Positions 1-14,415 are shown, numbered from the stretch's first letter. The stretch: DNA of 64,000 nt from Camelus ferus (GCF_009834535.1 NC_045707.1:59646001-59710000); one strand, 5' to 3'. The notes: generated from the sequence alone by a model not told the origin. Made by a program: numbers and translations.

Positions 1-20
1 CTCCCAGTTACCTCCATGCC

Positions 21-148
21 CTCATTAGAACATAAGTTTCACGTCATTCAGCACTGTCTTGTTCATTGTTATATCTCCAGTGGCTTGGATCCGGTCTAGC
101 CCATAGAAAGTACTCAATAAATATTGATGGGATAAAATGAATGAATGA
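21..148 (+). mobile_element. L2 LINE 3' end
   Basis: Degenerate L2 terminus ...gttcattgttatatctccag...tactcaataaatatt...atgaatgaatga. Confidence 0.75.
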
Positions 149-3137
149 GGAATGCATGAGGCTACAGAATACACAGAGCAAATATTTTACCAATTTACTG
201 GAGAAGATAATATTGGAACCAAGTTAACTATTTCTCAGAGATAAAGTGATTACCTTCAAAGAGCATAGGAAATTCAACACTTTTGGTCTTGATAAAATTT
301 TGCAGATGTAAAATGGCAAATATTACCTAAACAGATGTAAAAAAAAACACTATCTAGTTGAGTTACTTGATTCTGGCTGGAAGATCTTTACTTTCTTTTA
401 ACATGAAGAGACCCAGTGGGAAATCCCTGGCTTGCATGTCTGTTTTTGTCAAACATTCAGCAGTAACTGATAATCTCTACATCTGTTATTTATTTGACAA
501 ATCTCCAGAGGGCCATACAAGTGGAAATTTCAGAGAAGCCCTAAACAAACTCCACAGCTCTATGCAATGCCAGGAAGAATTTCTAACCATTATATAAATG
601 TTAGGTTTAATTTAGTATACACACAATTGACCACCTACTGATGCATTCTTCTGCATAAAGCATGAAATGTGAAATTCTGTGTAGCGTCCACTATTGTATT
701 TAAAATTAAAAAAAAAAAACTACACATTGAAATTAAGCCATGTGACTCTGGGAGGAGGCAAAGTCAAAGAAAATTTGCAGCTGGTCGGGAAGTAAATCCA
801 GGGTGGAGAAATTTTTTCAGCGCTCAGGAAGAGAGGAGGATTGTAAGGCATGAGGAAAGACATTTAGATTTTGTTATGGTGTTTTTGAGAATCTGACAGC
901 TGGAATCAAAAAGATGCAACGTATCTCTTAAACATACACTGCATAACTCAACTAAATGATCTTCAGAAATTAATGAGCTGCATTTGGCTTGGATTTTTAA
1001 AAGCCATTTAAATGACTTATACTGTAAAATAACATGAATGCCGCAACATATGCATTTGGCATAAAATGGAAAACATCAGATCCTGAAACAAAGACAAAGC
1101 ATCTACTCGTTTCTTAACCTGGTAACAGGTTTAAGTTTATTGTTTTGAGTTTTAAGCATCTGTTTTCTGAATGAGACCAGATATCTGAAAATTGCTTTTT
1201 ACAAACTATTCAACATTCATCTCAGTCCACAACAGACTAGGCAAGACCCAAGACCATGTCACTCCATATTCCTGCAAGGGAAATAAAAGCAAGATACACA
1301 GTTATCCCACAGGGCACCAGCTAACCCTTTGAGGGAATTTAATCCATGCCTGTGATCATAATTTATTTTAATGGAATCCCCCAAGCAGAAGTTAGCCTTC
1401 AAGCATGATTTTTAGATAAAAGCAAAATCATTTATCTTGCAGTTTCATGACATGGAAACATCTGCAGCAAAACACTAGAGAGCACCCCTCACTAAGCTAT
1501 CACAGTAACTGCTCAACTCAGAGGCCAGCTGAAGTACAAGCAGCAGAAATCTTCCAGCACCTCCAAAAACATCTCACACCTTCTCACCTGATTAATCGAT
1601 CATCTGCTCGATGAGTGAATAAACGATTGAGGCTTCTAATAGTAAATCAAAGGCATGCTTTCTTCACATGCCAGTAAGACCAGTAAGTACTCATCTGCAG
1701 AAGAGATTGTTAGAGGATTCTCTCCTGAAACAGTTTAAAAAGTTGGCATAGATACAAAATGTAAAAATTATGGGACGCATTAACTGACTAAACATCTGCT
1801 GAAATTTTCATTCAATTAAAAGCAGAACATCGTAAAACCTCGACTTGGCTTCCTTAAAATGTCATGGCTCAGAGGTGAAGAGGGGCTTCTGCAATGCAGA
1901 TGATTAAGACTCACAAAGCAAAAAAAGTCAGCATTCAATCAATCTGTATTCTATTCTAGGCACGGTGCTAAAAGAAGCCAGGGGAGAAATTCAAGATCCA
2001 CATCAGACTGAAAAAGAATATGTACAATTGACAGAAAGAAGAGGCATGTAACTAAGAACACACCCTTTAAAAATCATCTATAAAAATGTCTGAAGCCCAA
2101 TAAAATAATTGTGTAAACATTTTAATTGCTCATATTTAAAGATAGAACCCAAGTGAGAGAGGATTAAAAACACTCAAATCCTATTTTGTTTTTCTTCTCT
2201 TAAAGCCTCATTCACAGACATATTCCCAGAATTCAGAGTCTAATATTCCAATATACTACAACCTAAGTTGTATCCTAACTAGAAAAATATAACTAACAAA
2301 AAAAATTAATTAAAGTTAATACTGTACATATAAAACTCTTAGAATAACACCTAGAACATGGTTAAATACTAGATAAGTGTTACCTATGATCATCATCATA
2401 ATCTTCCTTTTATTATTAAAACACATTTTCTAGTGGTTTATTGAATGGAGCACATGTTACAGGAATTGTTTAGAGTTTTCTACCTGTACCCCAATCACCA
2501 CTAGTGACTTGAGTGGATATGCATTTGGACTTTCCTTCTATTTCTTCCTTTAGTGTTGCTGACTCTCCTCTGAGTATAAGAATTGCTGTGTACATAATAT
2601 ATAAAGTAAAAAATATATGTGTGCATATGACATCTAACCATGTACACCATATACTGGGGCCAATTATGCTATTTTAAGGTTTTCTTTCACTAGGCACATT
2701 TTTTTTTACATATTATAAATGGATTTTGAAATAACATTAAGCAAAAGAGTAATTCAAATGTAACTGGTAACCTAGAAATGGAAAATACCGAAAGTCACCA
2801 AAATAACTGAAGACAGAAGAAAATACAGTAAAAAAAAAAAAAATTATCTAGCCACTTTAAATACACTAAAGTTTTCAAGTACACGTTGCTATTTCCCAAA
2901 GTTCTTGAAAATGCATGTTTAAGAAATAGAGATTGATCCAATTTTCAAAATTGGGGAAAATATGCATTGGTGGCTCACTAGCTTAGTGCTGATTTACAGA
3001 AAAATTCTAATGTGAATTAGTGAACAGATGATTTATAAGCATTTACACACTAAAAGATATTTCTAGCAATCAGATTGTTTACTAGGAACAAATCAATTCA
3101 AATTAACACCATATCATTGTAATAGGGTTACTAGACT

Positions 3138-3396
3138 TTCCTTGGCTTACAGACCCATCACTCTGTTCTCTGTCTCTATGATCATGTGGCATTTTCCCTT
3201 TTGTCTGTCCAAATTTCCCTCTTCTCATAAGGACACCAGACACTGGATTAGGGCCCATCTTAAATCAGTATGATCTCATCTTAACTTGATTATATCAGCA
3301 AAGACCCCCCATTTCCAAATACGGTCACTTTGGCAGGTATAGTAGGCTAGGACTTCAACAGACATTTTTGGGAGACACAAGTCAAATCCCAGTAGT
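3138..3396 (-). mobile_element. MaLR LTR fragment (MLT1B/C/D-like)
   Basis: Reverse complement resembles the MLT1 5' half: ataaggacaccag...tggattagggccca...atctcatcttaacttgatta...tttccaaatacggtcac. Confidence 0.8.
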
Positions 3397-5931
3397 ACTT
3401 CATTCCAGGCAATTTACACTAGCTGCCATAAACTCAGTCAACTAGGCATTATTCCCTTCTAACTGATGAAAAGCAAGCTTGCTCAGGTTAATTTACTTTT
3501 TTGGACAAACACAGCACGTAAGAGGTAGAGTCTCATTTTAAACATGGAACTGCCCGTGTCTCTAAAACTGGGGTATGAACATCCTGCAGATACAAAATGT
3601 GTGACTGGTGGTGTAAGAATCTTTCTGATTAACATGGTCCATCATCCATGGAAATCAACTTTATCTAACGATAAGTGACTAAAAACATTCATTTTACTTT
3701 AAAATCAATACATTTTTAATGGAATGTTAAAGTCACATAGGGTGTTATAAATAATCTTAGCTTCAAATATATTTCTCAGTTCTGGAGAACTGATTTTTGG
3801 CCAGCTCTTATAAGTATATATTCACTTCATCAATCTGTAGATATTTTTTGAGTTAAATTTAATTAGAGAAGCATTGCCAGATTGAGAGGTTTTATATATA
3901 GAGAGAGGATAGATCATCATTTGCTAGGATGTTTCAGAAAAAGTCCTGGATGGGATTTGATTCTTTGAATCTAAATTGGTAATAAACCAAAATATCATTT
4001 ACTCTGTTCTTATTAGTTAATATTTTAACAGAAACAAAGAAATAAGATTGAATGAAAATCTTAAAACAATTCTGGCATGATGAATCAACAGACATATATT
4101 TTTCGGTGGCAAAGTTTCAGTCTCTCACTAGTAACAAGTTGGATACATTTTATGAAAATGTCAGATTCCTTAAGGAGATTCTAGAACTTCCAAAGGTTAG
4201 TATAAACCCCCTGTTTCTAGTTTTCTTTCACCATGAATTCTTGAGGCACTTGATCAGTTTTCTCATCAGGATGCTCTTTGCTCTCTCCCCACACACTGGT
4301 ACTTAATTACTCCACAGCTGGTGTTGGGTTGAAATGACACAGTGCTGCCCTAGGGGTCCTCATTCATGCATGCATTTATTCATTCTTCCATACTTTCGGA
4401 ATCTCCTTATGATGCTGGTACTATCTGCTAGGCACTGTGCTCTAGGCTGATAGAAGTATAAAAGGTGGCTATTCAATTCTATCCCAGATATGGGAGTTCT
4501 GGGAGTTTTTCCTCTGCTCTTTTGTTATCTCCACTGATTAGCATCCGTACTACCTCAGTATCTAGCCAGCTCGTGCTCTCCCTCTCCTCTCTCCCTGGCC
4601 CTTCATGGTTTACCCTACTGTTCCCACATTTTTAAATCTCAGCTTTCAAGAAAAATGGCTTTTTTTGGGGGGCATCTCACAGCCTACTGATGAGCTCTAG
4701 GGGGCACCTCCTAAATACAGGTAGGAGGGCACAGCCTGTTGGAGGCTTTTAGCTCTATTCTTCCCCTGATGTCACCTGTTTGGGGTGCCCCGGGTTTTCT
4801 TTGTCATCAATTTCAGGTGCAGAGTGACTTGATGGAACTATAGTTTCTCAGATACAAGGACTTCATGCTTGTTGTAACCAGATCCTAGAAAGCTGCTGAA
4901 GTTCACAGCAAAATACTTAAAGATAAAGGCAAGAGAGATATTTTAGATTATGATACCTTATTAGCAATATATTAAATTTATGAATACTCCAATTCTCTTA
5001 AACATAAGATACTGTCTTTAATCGAACTCCCTATGGGGTATAGTTTAAGTGCTTTAATAGTCAAATAGTGCTATTCTGGAAAAAAAAATAGTAGGAACAT
5101 AGTAAATATGTCTCAAAAATGACAATACTGAAAGCATTTAAATGATAGCTTAAATATAGTGATGTATCATAGTTTCTAAATGTATCCATGCCATCAGGGC
5201 AAATGTAAACTAAACACATTTTTAGACATTCAATTTTGTGTTTAAAGCCAATGGTGAAACATTTTTTTAAAAAAATGTACCTTGTAACTGGAGACTGATG
5301 CTAATTCAATCCTTTCAATAGAGTCTGATAGCTATAAAGATTCAAGAGATTGTTCCACAATACACAGAGCATTCATGAAAAATTATTTATATAAGAAAAC
5401 CATAAAATAAATTCTCTATTTCGACTGAGTCATATTAGATGATGGGCAATCCAGTCAAAAGGTGACTGAACTTCAGGCCAGTAGCTAATTTTAAAAGGCA
5501 AACATACTTTCTACTTGTTTATCTTCCAATAAAGAACTGGTTCTACTTAAACAAGGACGAACAAGCTGGTCTGCCTTTCCTTCCGTGACAACAAGCACTA
5601 TCCCATAGTGCCACAAGCTCTTCAAAGCATTTTCTTCTCTTTTTACAGAATTTTGAGTTGGAATCTCTTGTGTTCCTGGCTCTTCTCTGTGACTCAGCCT
5701 TGTTCAGGGTGGAATGGAGGCATTATCTGGCTGGAAACAGGCCTCTCTAAGTTGCACCAACGTTTTAGCAAGATCAAGAAAGAAAAATGTCCCTAAAAAA
5801 AAAATCTCAATTATGTATGTTCAGATGCATTTACTGATTTTTATTTCCTGTTTTAAAGTTTATGCCATTTTTAATGATCAGAGAGTTGTAAAACCCTGTA
5901 CCTACAAAAAATAAAATAAATTTAAAAATTA

Positions 5932-6120
5932 CATATATATATATGTATTTATATATATATATATGGCAGGGCGGAGGGTATAGTGCAGTGGTAGCGTGCA
6001 TGCTTAGCATGCTCAGGGTTCTGGATTCAATCCCCAGTACTTTCATCAAAATAAATAAATAAACCCAATTCCCTCTCCCCCTGCAAAAAAAAAAAAAAAC
6101 CCTAAAATTAAATATATACA

Positions 6121-6152
<32 letters not shown>

Positions 6153-6158
6153 TATATA
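5932..6158. repeat. (TA)n and (CA)n microsatellites flanking the SINE
   Basis: Interrupted TA tract at about 5933-5964 and CA tract at about 6130-6152. Confidence 0.9.
5968..6099 (+). mobile_element. Camelid tRNA-derived SINE (Vic-1-like)
   Basis: ggagggtatagtgcagtggtagcgtgcatgcttagcatgc...ggattcaatccccagtac with A/B boxes, aaataaataaa linker, C-rich block and A15 tail. Confidence 0.88.
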
Positions 6159-6199
6159 AATTCTATACCTACAAATATAATTCTGAGAATAAAGGCAGC

Positions 6200-6436
6200 C
6201 ACATTTTTGAGCACTGGCTACATGCTAGGACCCATATTAAGGGCTTTATATCGAATATCTAGTTTAATCCTCACAACAAAACTATAAGGCAGATATTATT
6301 AGCCCCATTTCACTGATAAGAAGACTGAGGCTGAGAGAAATTAAGTAGCCTGAGCAGCGTCAAACATTAAATGGAAGGGTCATGATTTGGATCCAGTCTG
6401 CTCATTTCCACCTCTATGTTCTTCTCCCTTAACTAT
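6200..6436 (-). mobile_element. MIR SINE
   Basis: tttaatcctcacaac...attattagccccatttcactgataagaagactgaggctgagagaaattaagt is the MIR core, reverse strand. Confidence 0.85.
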
Positions 6437-9400
6437 GTATGGTTTGTTTTGACTTACAAATTCTTTAAATACAAACGATTCAATCTATTTTCATAGGCAC
6501 GAATAAAGTGCTGTTATTATACAGAAGGAGGAATCTGATCTATAAATTATGCAAAGAAGAAAAAAATCTCTGAGAACGGTACACTGAATGCTTCTCTGAA
6601 ATATTGTAAATAGTAAAGCAGTGGAAAAATCCATCTATTAATCAAGGTCTTTTAACTGTATGTAAGCCACTTATCAAAGCAAAGCATGCATTTTTATGAT
6701 GAATATTATTTTCAGAAAAAATAGTGAAAAATCCAAACATTACTATAAAATGAAATTGATATGATCATCAAAAACAGTTTACACACCAGAAGCTAGAGAT
6801 TAACAAGGATATATTCTTTTTAAATTGCATTTTCTCCCTTTCAAAAATATTTGCATCATTGTTTCTTTTTCTTTTAACAAGCACATTTATGCACATTTTG
6901 GTAAGTGATGCCCATTTGGAAACAGTTTTACAGTTCTAAAATAAACAAATAAATAAAAGACTTCCAAACTTTTCAGTGAAGCATAATATACTTAGCCCAT
7001 ATGAAGTCATAAACAGTATGTCAGCTCCAATACTTTCTAGAAGCATATGTTGTTGGTTTTATATTATATTTACAATATGGAGATTTTAATATTTATGTAT
7101 ATTTTTCAATATGTAATTAGTAGTGTATGTGGAAATAAGCAATTCTGAGTACAAGTTATTTAGACTATCCTGCTGACAAATAAATATACAATTTGTGATT
7201 GTTACTTACGTACAAGACTTCATTATGTTTTAAAAAAGAACAGAACATAAGAAAACAAGCTAAAAACCACTGCTAACCATCATTCTATAATTTCTATGTG
7301 GAGTGCTTTATTTTTAGCTTTCCAGAATAAGATGGAAGAAAATATGTAGCAATCATTGTGTTTAATACACAGGCCACTAACTTCATTTAGCAACTCACAT
7401 GGTGAAAGAAGAGTTTACATACATCCACACCTACTTACAAGTTTGTGACATGCATGTAATGTTATTGAGATAAGAAATATTGCAGTCAGTTAATGTTTAT
7501 TGGGATTATTCACTTGCCTAGTATCATGTGCATGTCCAATATATTGGATATTATTAGCTATCTCTTAGGTGCTTACAGTCTTAGGAGATGGTGCTTGAGT
7601 CTGAGATTTCTTAACTGAAAAATTCACGAATTATATAGAATTCTTGAGAGGGCTTATATAACAAATGAATAAAAAAGAACTGAGTATCACATTAAAGTAT
7701 ACAGTAGACCTAAGAAGTGATTTGTATCACTATATACCACAAAAGAAAAACCAGGAGAGGTCTGCCGTGCATGGGAAAAGTTTCATAGAAGAGATGGGAT
7801 TGACTTAGATCTTGACACCTGAAAGGGCTCCCAACAGCTCTCACCTGGTGGCCACTAGAAACCACACCAACCAAAGCTCACCCTGTAGAAGGACAAGGAG
7901 GAAAGGGTTTCTACGTAAATGACTGCCATTCTCAGAGACTCAGACTGGGAATAATGACATGTTCCTTATATGAATTCTCATGTCTTGAACTCAGGCTTTT
8001 ATGCATTCTGTTCCTTCTGACTTGAAGGTCCTTTTTCCCTTCACGGTACATGTTTCAAATCCCATCTTCTCAGGGAGGATTTTCATGTCTACTGAGCCCA
8101 GCTTCTCCACTCCTCCCCCTCCTCTGCTCTCTAATCAGTTATCGTGACTGTGACCCATCCACCCCAAAATCTAAAATCTGAATTCCAATCTGAAGTCCAG
8201 CTTTCTGGATCCTTTGCAATTTGATTTTCAGCCACCCTCTTCTCTTACATCATGAGACTCTAGCACGGACACGACAGTTGATTGTCATGTGTAGAGACAA
8301 ACTATAAAAGGGATCCTAAAACAGAATGCCTAATTTGGAGGATTCCCCTCCCCTCCCCACTCCTCCTCCCCTCTTTGTGTCTTACATGCCTGCTTTTTTG
8401 CTCCTTCATTCTTCTCTCAGGAGGGTAAACTGGCTTTCTCTACTCTGCAGGTCCATGGCAAAAGCAGGTCTGATGTTTTTAAACTAATAAATCCAGTGTC
8501 TAAAACTGACTACACTCATGGTTCACTATTTCCAGGGAGAAGAAACAGAACTGGCATTGCTTAGATGAAAAATCTACCCTTTATCTAATCAGAAGGGACT
8601 AGAAGGGGTAAGGTCCCAAAGTACGGTGCCTACTCAGGAGACGGTGGGAAGAGTACTCAGAGAAGTGAAGGAAGCTCTAGGTACCTATGAGCCGATTACT
8701 CCAATGTTCAACACCAAAAGTTTCCATCATGATCAACAGACAGAATTTAATCACTATGATAAGTTTTGTGCTAGTATTTTTATGCATCTGGTCAGCCACA
8801 GTTAATATAGCTTTTATTAAACAAAAAATAATTACTATTGTTGTAAGAGACCAATATATTACTTCTAGATTCTGAGTTACATAATGGTTAATTCAAAAAC
8901 TTTCCACAAATAAGAAATACATTAAATTCGGAGACAAAGTCCAGTGGAATGTAAATATATAATTGAAAACTGAAAAGATAAATGTAAACTGAAAATATAA
9001 ATTTAATGTATTTGAAAGTAAATGTGAATAAGGGGAAAAAATGAAAGCAGTTATGGCACCAAACTTCCATCTCCTTGGACAAATCACTCAAGGTTCTCTT
9101 GGTTTTTGCCATCCCATCATTTGATTTATGCATTTTGAAGGTCTTGCTACTTTAGAAGCTACATGATACTTTCCTTCATACAAGTACAGTATTTAAGGTA
9201 ATAATCTAAAATCTGAAGAGAATTCCTTTCAGACAAAATGATTCACTGAAGATGTAAAGAAATCCAAGGCAAAGAAAACCATGTTTCCCATTTGCATAAA
9301 ACCAGTAAAAAATACAAGTAGATACATTTGGGTTTTTTTCCCCCAAAGTAATTTTTACAGCTTATAATATATCAAGCCATTCTGAATCTGAATATTGAGT

Positions 9401-11339
9401 TTCCAGGTGGTGTTTAAAAAAATCACCAAATCCCTGAAGAGATAGAAAATATTTCATTATGCCAAAAGGTGAGGTTTTAATGAAATAATTTCAACTATAC
9501 TCAAAAGCACTTAGAGATCGGGGGATAGCATATTGACTTTGCTATCACTGAGCAGTAAGTGTGAGAATAACTTATTCCTTGATTTATGCATTAGCACCTT
9601 TTATACATACACATTTCAGATCTTTCTAGTATCTTTTTAAAAATAAAGTACCTGCTCAAATTAACGCAACCATATGGCATGACCAGCACAGCAGGAAAAC
9701 AAACACCAACACTTGTGCAGATAAAGTGCAGAAGGAAAATTAGAGTAGACAGAAGTATAAGGAAATAGTCATGAAAACAACTTTTGGTCCTAAGCCCAAA
9801 ATAAGGACAGAATTCAGAGAATCTGGCAGTAGTTCTAAAGTAAATTTAATAACTGCCTTTCTATTCCCTGTTGGCTTGGTTTTTCATGACCACCTACCTT
9901 TTGGGATGATCTTTAGCTCATTTTTCATAGGCCCAGTTCCATAGGGGCTGTCTACACACATAAAAACAACACAGTGATTCGTTCAATCAAATAGTTGGTC
10001 AGCCAGTCACACTTCTGGTTTAGTGGGACTGACCAATTCACACAGTGAGTGAGATCAATCTAGAAACCAATTTCAGGTATAGCAGCATCTTAATTAGAGA
10101 TGATTAAATAGGGGAGATAATTCAAAGAAATTCCACCATCAATAATATATCTAAAGTGTCTGGAGATAGTTTTTAAAAACAACATATAAAAACTAAAATG
10201 TAACTCCAGAAATAAAAAAAAATAAGAATAGAAGTCAACTTGTTTCAGAGAGAGAAATACAAGTAAAGACAATTATGAGGAAATCATTTACTACATCTCT
10301 TCTTCCATAAGCATGCTATGTATACTCATACAGTGGACAATGATCGCTAAACCCAGAGGGCACTTCTATGTCCCACTCAGAAAGACATTACTGGATAATT
10401 TCAGAGCCACATCTTCAAACAAGCCCAGAGACCCCAAACAGAAATGAAAGAAGAGAGGCTTCCTCTCTAAGGAGCTAGGGTAGCTCAGCTGAGACTGGTA
10501 GAAAAGATGGCAACAACTCAGTCTGAAGATGAAGCAGAGAAGAGGGCTATATCTGAAACAATAACTGATGGTTAATTCAGAGAACCAGAGAAAGAAGAAC
10601 TACGGCAAAAATAATCCAGATCTGGGGGGTGATGCAGAGTGAGCAATTTCTAGGTGAGCTTCATTTTCCACATTCAACGGAGGTGGACTTTATAATTGCT
10701 GACATAACCTGTGAAAAATTTCCTTCATGTTCAGAATCTGTGCCTTCTCTTGCCCTCAAGATGACTATGCCGTAAGAGTTAAGGACAGCATATTAAACAA
10801 GATCAAATAAATAAAGCAATAAAATGGCGAAGTTCTCCCTCCATAAAGAAGCGAAGAGGCATACACCAGGACCAACCTTCCGGGAAGAATTAAATGTGAT
10901 TCCAATGTACAAGAAATTCTAGAACAATAAATCCATTCCTTCTCTTGAGAAGTCTATTTAACAGGTTTGGAGGTGAAGGAAAGAAAAGTGTTAAGATTTC
11001 AAGAAGACAGCCAAAGAAACGGAGGGCAATTTGTACATAGCAGAGGAAATGTTAGAACAGACAGAAGGAAAAGAGACATAAGAAACAGAAGTTGACTTAC
11101 GAGTATTTTGTAGCTAGTGAATCAACAGTTTATTTGGAAAAAAAGACAAACTTTAAAAATTCAAACATGTAAAATATGCTTCATTGTATGATCCAGATAT
11201 CATTTAAATTTTAGACTATACTCTTCACTGCTCCAAAACTCACATGATGTCTTCAGGAATAATCAGTTTGTATGTCTCCTCAAGAGGCCCTGGACAGATT
11301 ATGCTGCTCCCCAAGAATCTCATCCTTATAAAACTCTGT

Positions 11340-12545
11340 CCATTGCATTTTATGACCCCATCTTCCAACCTCCCTGTACACTGTCTTTGTCAAGTTCAAT
11401 AATGACTTCTGGATGTTAAACTCACAGGCCATTTTTTTTGTTGTTGTTGTTCTTATACACATGACATACCAGTGGCATTTGATGGAGTTGATCATTCTCT
11501 CCTCCCTGAACCCCTTCATCATGTGGCTTCCAGGACACCACATCCTCTAGGTTTTCCTCCTGCCTCCCTGACTGCTCCTGCTTGATCTCCACATTTTTTT
11601 TTTCTGCGTGTCCCTGACCCTAAAACATTGATGTTCCACCAGTGTCAGTAGTCAAACCTCTTCTCTTCTCAATTTACACTCTTTTCTTTGGAGATTTCAT
11701 CAAGATTCATGACTTTAGATACTACCTGTATATTATTAACTCCAAAGTTATTAACTACAGTTATCATCTCTTCCCCTATTCCAGAAACATAAATTCAACT
11801 TCCAACCCACTATCTCTCCTTGGATATCCAAACAGCATCTTGTAATGGTTAATTTTGTGTCAACCTAACATGGCCACAAGATCCCCAGATTTCTAGTAAA
11901 ACATTATTTCTGAGTGTGAGTGTGAAGGTGTTTCAAAGAGATTAGCATTTGAATTGATGAACGGAGTCAACTACTGGCCCTCCCCAATGTGAGTGGTCAA
12001 CATCCAAGCCATGGAGGGCCTGAATGGAATGAAAAGGCAGAGGAAGGTTGAACTGGTTCCCTGCCTGATTGCTCGATCTTCTCCTGCCCTTAGCACTCCT
12101 GGTTCTCAGGCCTTCAGACCTGGACTGGAATCTACACTGTCAGCTCTCTGATTCTCAGGCCCTTGACTACACTACTAGATTTCCTGGATCTCCAGCTTTA
12201 GATAGCAGATAGTGGAGTTTTTCAGCCTCCAGAATATTGTCAGCAAATACCTTAGAATAAATAATAAATCTCTACTTATATTATATGTAAAATATATACA
12301 TATATATAATATTCTATTTCTCTGAAGAATCCTAGTATACATCTCAAACTTAACATTTCAAAAATTGACTGTTTTGATACCTATCTCACCCAAACTGGCT
12401 CCTCCTGCATTCTTCCCCATCTCATTTCCCAGCAATTTTATCCTTCCAACTGGTCGTTCTAAACTCTCAGCGGTGTCTTTGACTTCCCTCATCCATTTAT
12501 AGTCTATATATGATTTGTCAGCAAGTTCTGATGACTTTACACTTT
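11340..12545 (+). mobile_element. L2 LINE ORF2 (reverse transcriptase) remnant, interrupted by an MLT2 LTR
   Basis: Degenerate RT motifs, e.g. PLLFSIYT...GDFI..HDF.YYLY resembles L2 GPLLFSIYT..LGDLI.SHGF.YHLYADD. The element resumes after the LTR as catctcaaacttaacat. Confidence 0.85.
11841..12339 (+). mobile_element. MLT2 (ERVL) solo LTR
   Basis: Starts tgtaatggttaattttgtgtcaac and ends ttctatttctctgaagaatcctagtata. 5-bp TSD CATCT at 11836-11840 and 12340-12344. Confidence 0.9.
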
Positions 12546-13746
12546 GTTATATTTAGCTATGTATTTAACAGGACGGAAACATATTCATTCAGTCTGACTA
12601 GTTTGTGAGAGATGAAATGAAATGCAAATGGATTATAAGGACATTCCTTTATCATGCTTGCCAGAGAATATGTGATATGACATGATTCCAAAAAAGCACC
12701 AACGGCCAGAAATGCAGTGTTTGTTCAAGTGTGTATGGTCTTAGTCTGCTTAGCTAATTTCCATAATCATCATATTCTCTTCTGTGAAATGGAAATACAA
12801 AGATACCTAATCTGTAATGGTAGTTATAAGAAATAAATGCAACATAAATTTCAAAAGCAATGGAATGCCAAATAAAAAATAGGTACTTATAATACAAATT
12901 ATTGATGAGCTGTTTCAGTATTAGGTCAGCTGAGACGTGGATGACTTGGAGACACAGCTATAAAAAAACAAAGGTTTGTGAGACTGGAAGTTGAGCTCAA
13001 TGAGTGTAGAATCCATAAGAAAATATGTACATGGGTGTTCTCTCTTGAGACCTCATTAGAACTGCACAATTCCCACAATGCTTTGAACAACATAAATACC
13101 AAAGAACAGAGACATATTATACATACATACACCTGCACACACCTGTCAACCAGCCCCAGTACACCCCCGAATGACAATATAAAAGAAGAACAGGACAAAA
13201 TAGGAGCTTAGAATTGGCTGATGGAGACTATTGGTACAGCTCATGCTGAAAGAAAGCAGAAGAAGGAACCACAGCAGGCAGATCAGTACTAAGCCCAGGA
13301 CAGCCTACAAGCTTGCAATTCAATTGCTGCAACAAAGTAATGGGAACTTGAAGTCAACAGAGATGTAACTAAGGTCTAGCTAAGGAAAGACCACTTAGAT
13401 TTTGAGTAAAATAAATTTGAGAGAGTAGAGATGAGGCAAAATGGCAAGAAAGGGTGATAAAGAATGAGGTCAGAGCTCCTGGATGACATGGAAAACACCA
13501 GTAAATACTTAAACCTCCTATTAAGTTAAAGGATGAGGTGCGGTGATAGTATGCATTAGTCGTTTACTGAAATACCCTGTAATGTTTCAGAAGACTCATA
13601 TTCACAGATAGTGGAGACCAAGAATCAATAAAAGTGGCCAGTGGGTATAGGAGAAGCACAAGAAGAAGACAAAGGGAAGGGACAAGAATTCAAAATCACG
13701 ACTTCTAGAGAAAAATCAATTTTTTCTTTTGGATATCTTCCTAGAC

Positions 13747-13912
13747 CAGAGCTTGTCAAATAGTTATGAGCCTATTAATCACGTGGGACTTGTTGAGATG
13801 CAGATTATATTTCAGGAGATCTAGGGCAGAGCCCAAGAGTTGACATTTTTAACAAACTCACAAGAGACACAGGTGATCCTTTTACCACTGGTCCACACTT
13901 TAACCAGTGAGG
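13747..13912. mobile_element. MER5A-like hAT-Charlie MITE
   Basis: aatcacgtggga..ttgtt...atgcagatt...ctagggcagagcccaagag..gacatttttaacaaactc...ccacacttt. Confidence 0.7.
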
Positions 13913-13959
13913 TACTGGTGTGGAAGCAACTTGAGAACCTGTTTGACATGGGTCTCCTG

Positions 13960-14415
13960 TGGCTGTTCACTGGCCTCCAGCAGGCCATGATCTACATAAA
14001 GCTTTGCTTTATTTTGGACCACACAATTTAAAATCTACAATTAAAAAGTAGAAGATTTCACATAAAGATTGGGTTTTCTGTTCCTGTTAAAATTCTAAGA
14101 CAGTTGGCATCTTATACCTGTCAAATATCAATTAACACTGGAGCGGAGGGAAAGTTACCCCTTTAGAGGAGGCATGTCCTTTCCAATCCCCAGCAGTCCT
14201 CTTCACCACCAAGTAAATCCCCAACAGAGGCAGAGACTCCTTCCTATTCATCATGCAATTGTTATGTTGATTTTGCTGATAGAGAAATGAGTTTCCATAC
14301 CTCTGTTTGTCAAAACTGAGAAAACAAATTTAAACCAAGTTGTATTACACTGTGTACTTTTCCCATATCAGTCATGTGTATTATCTGCCAATCCTCTTTA
14401 CATTTTTGACTTTGT
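13960..14415 (+). mobile_element. MER102-like hAT-Charlie element (long form)
   Basis: agatttcacataaagattgggttttctg...ttggca...cccctttagaggaggcatg...cagtcc resembles MER102. Confidence 0.65.

Noticed and set aside
5968..6045. tRNA-like sequences here and at 31540-31612 and 50543-50615
   Set aside because: They are SINE heads with A-rich tails, and TSDs in the latter two copies. They are not intact cloverleaf tRNA genes.
5831..6214. 127-aa hydrophobic ORF, the longest in the track
   Set aside because: Antisense reading of a SINE plus TA/CA microsatellites.
11642..11845. Reverse-transcriptase-like ORF
   Set aside because: Decayed L2 ORF2. The YADD motif is lost and the sequence is interrupted by an LTR, so it is not a functional RT or retron-like system.
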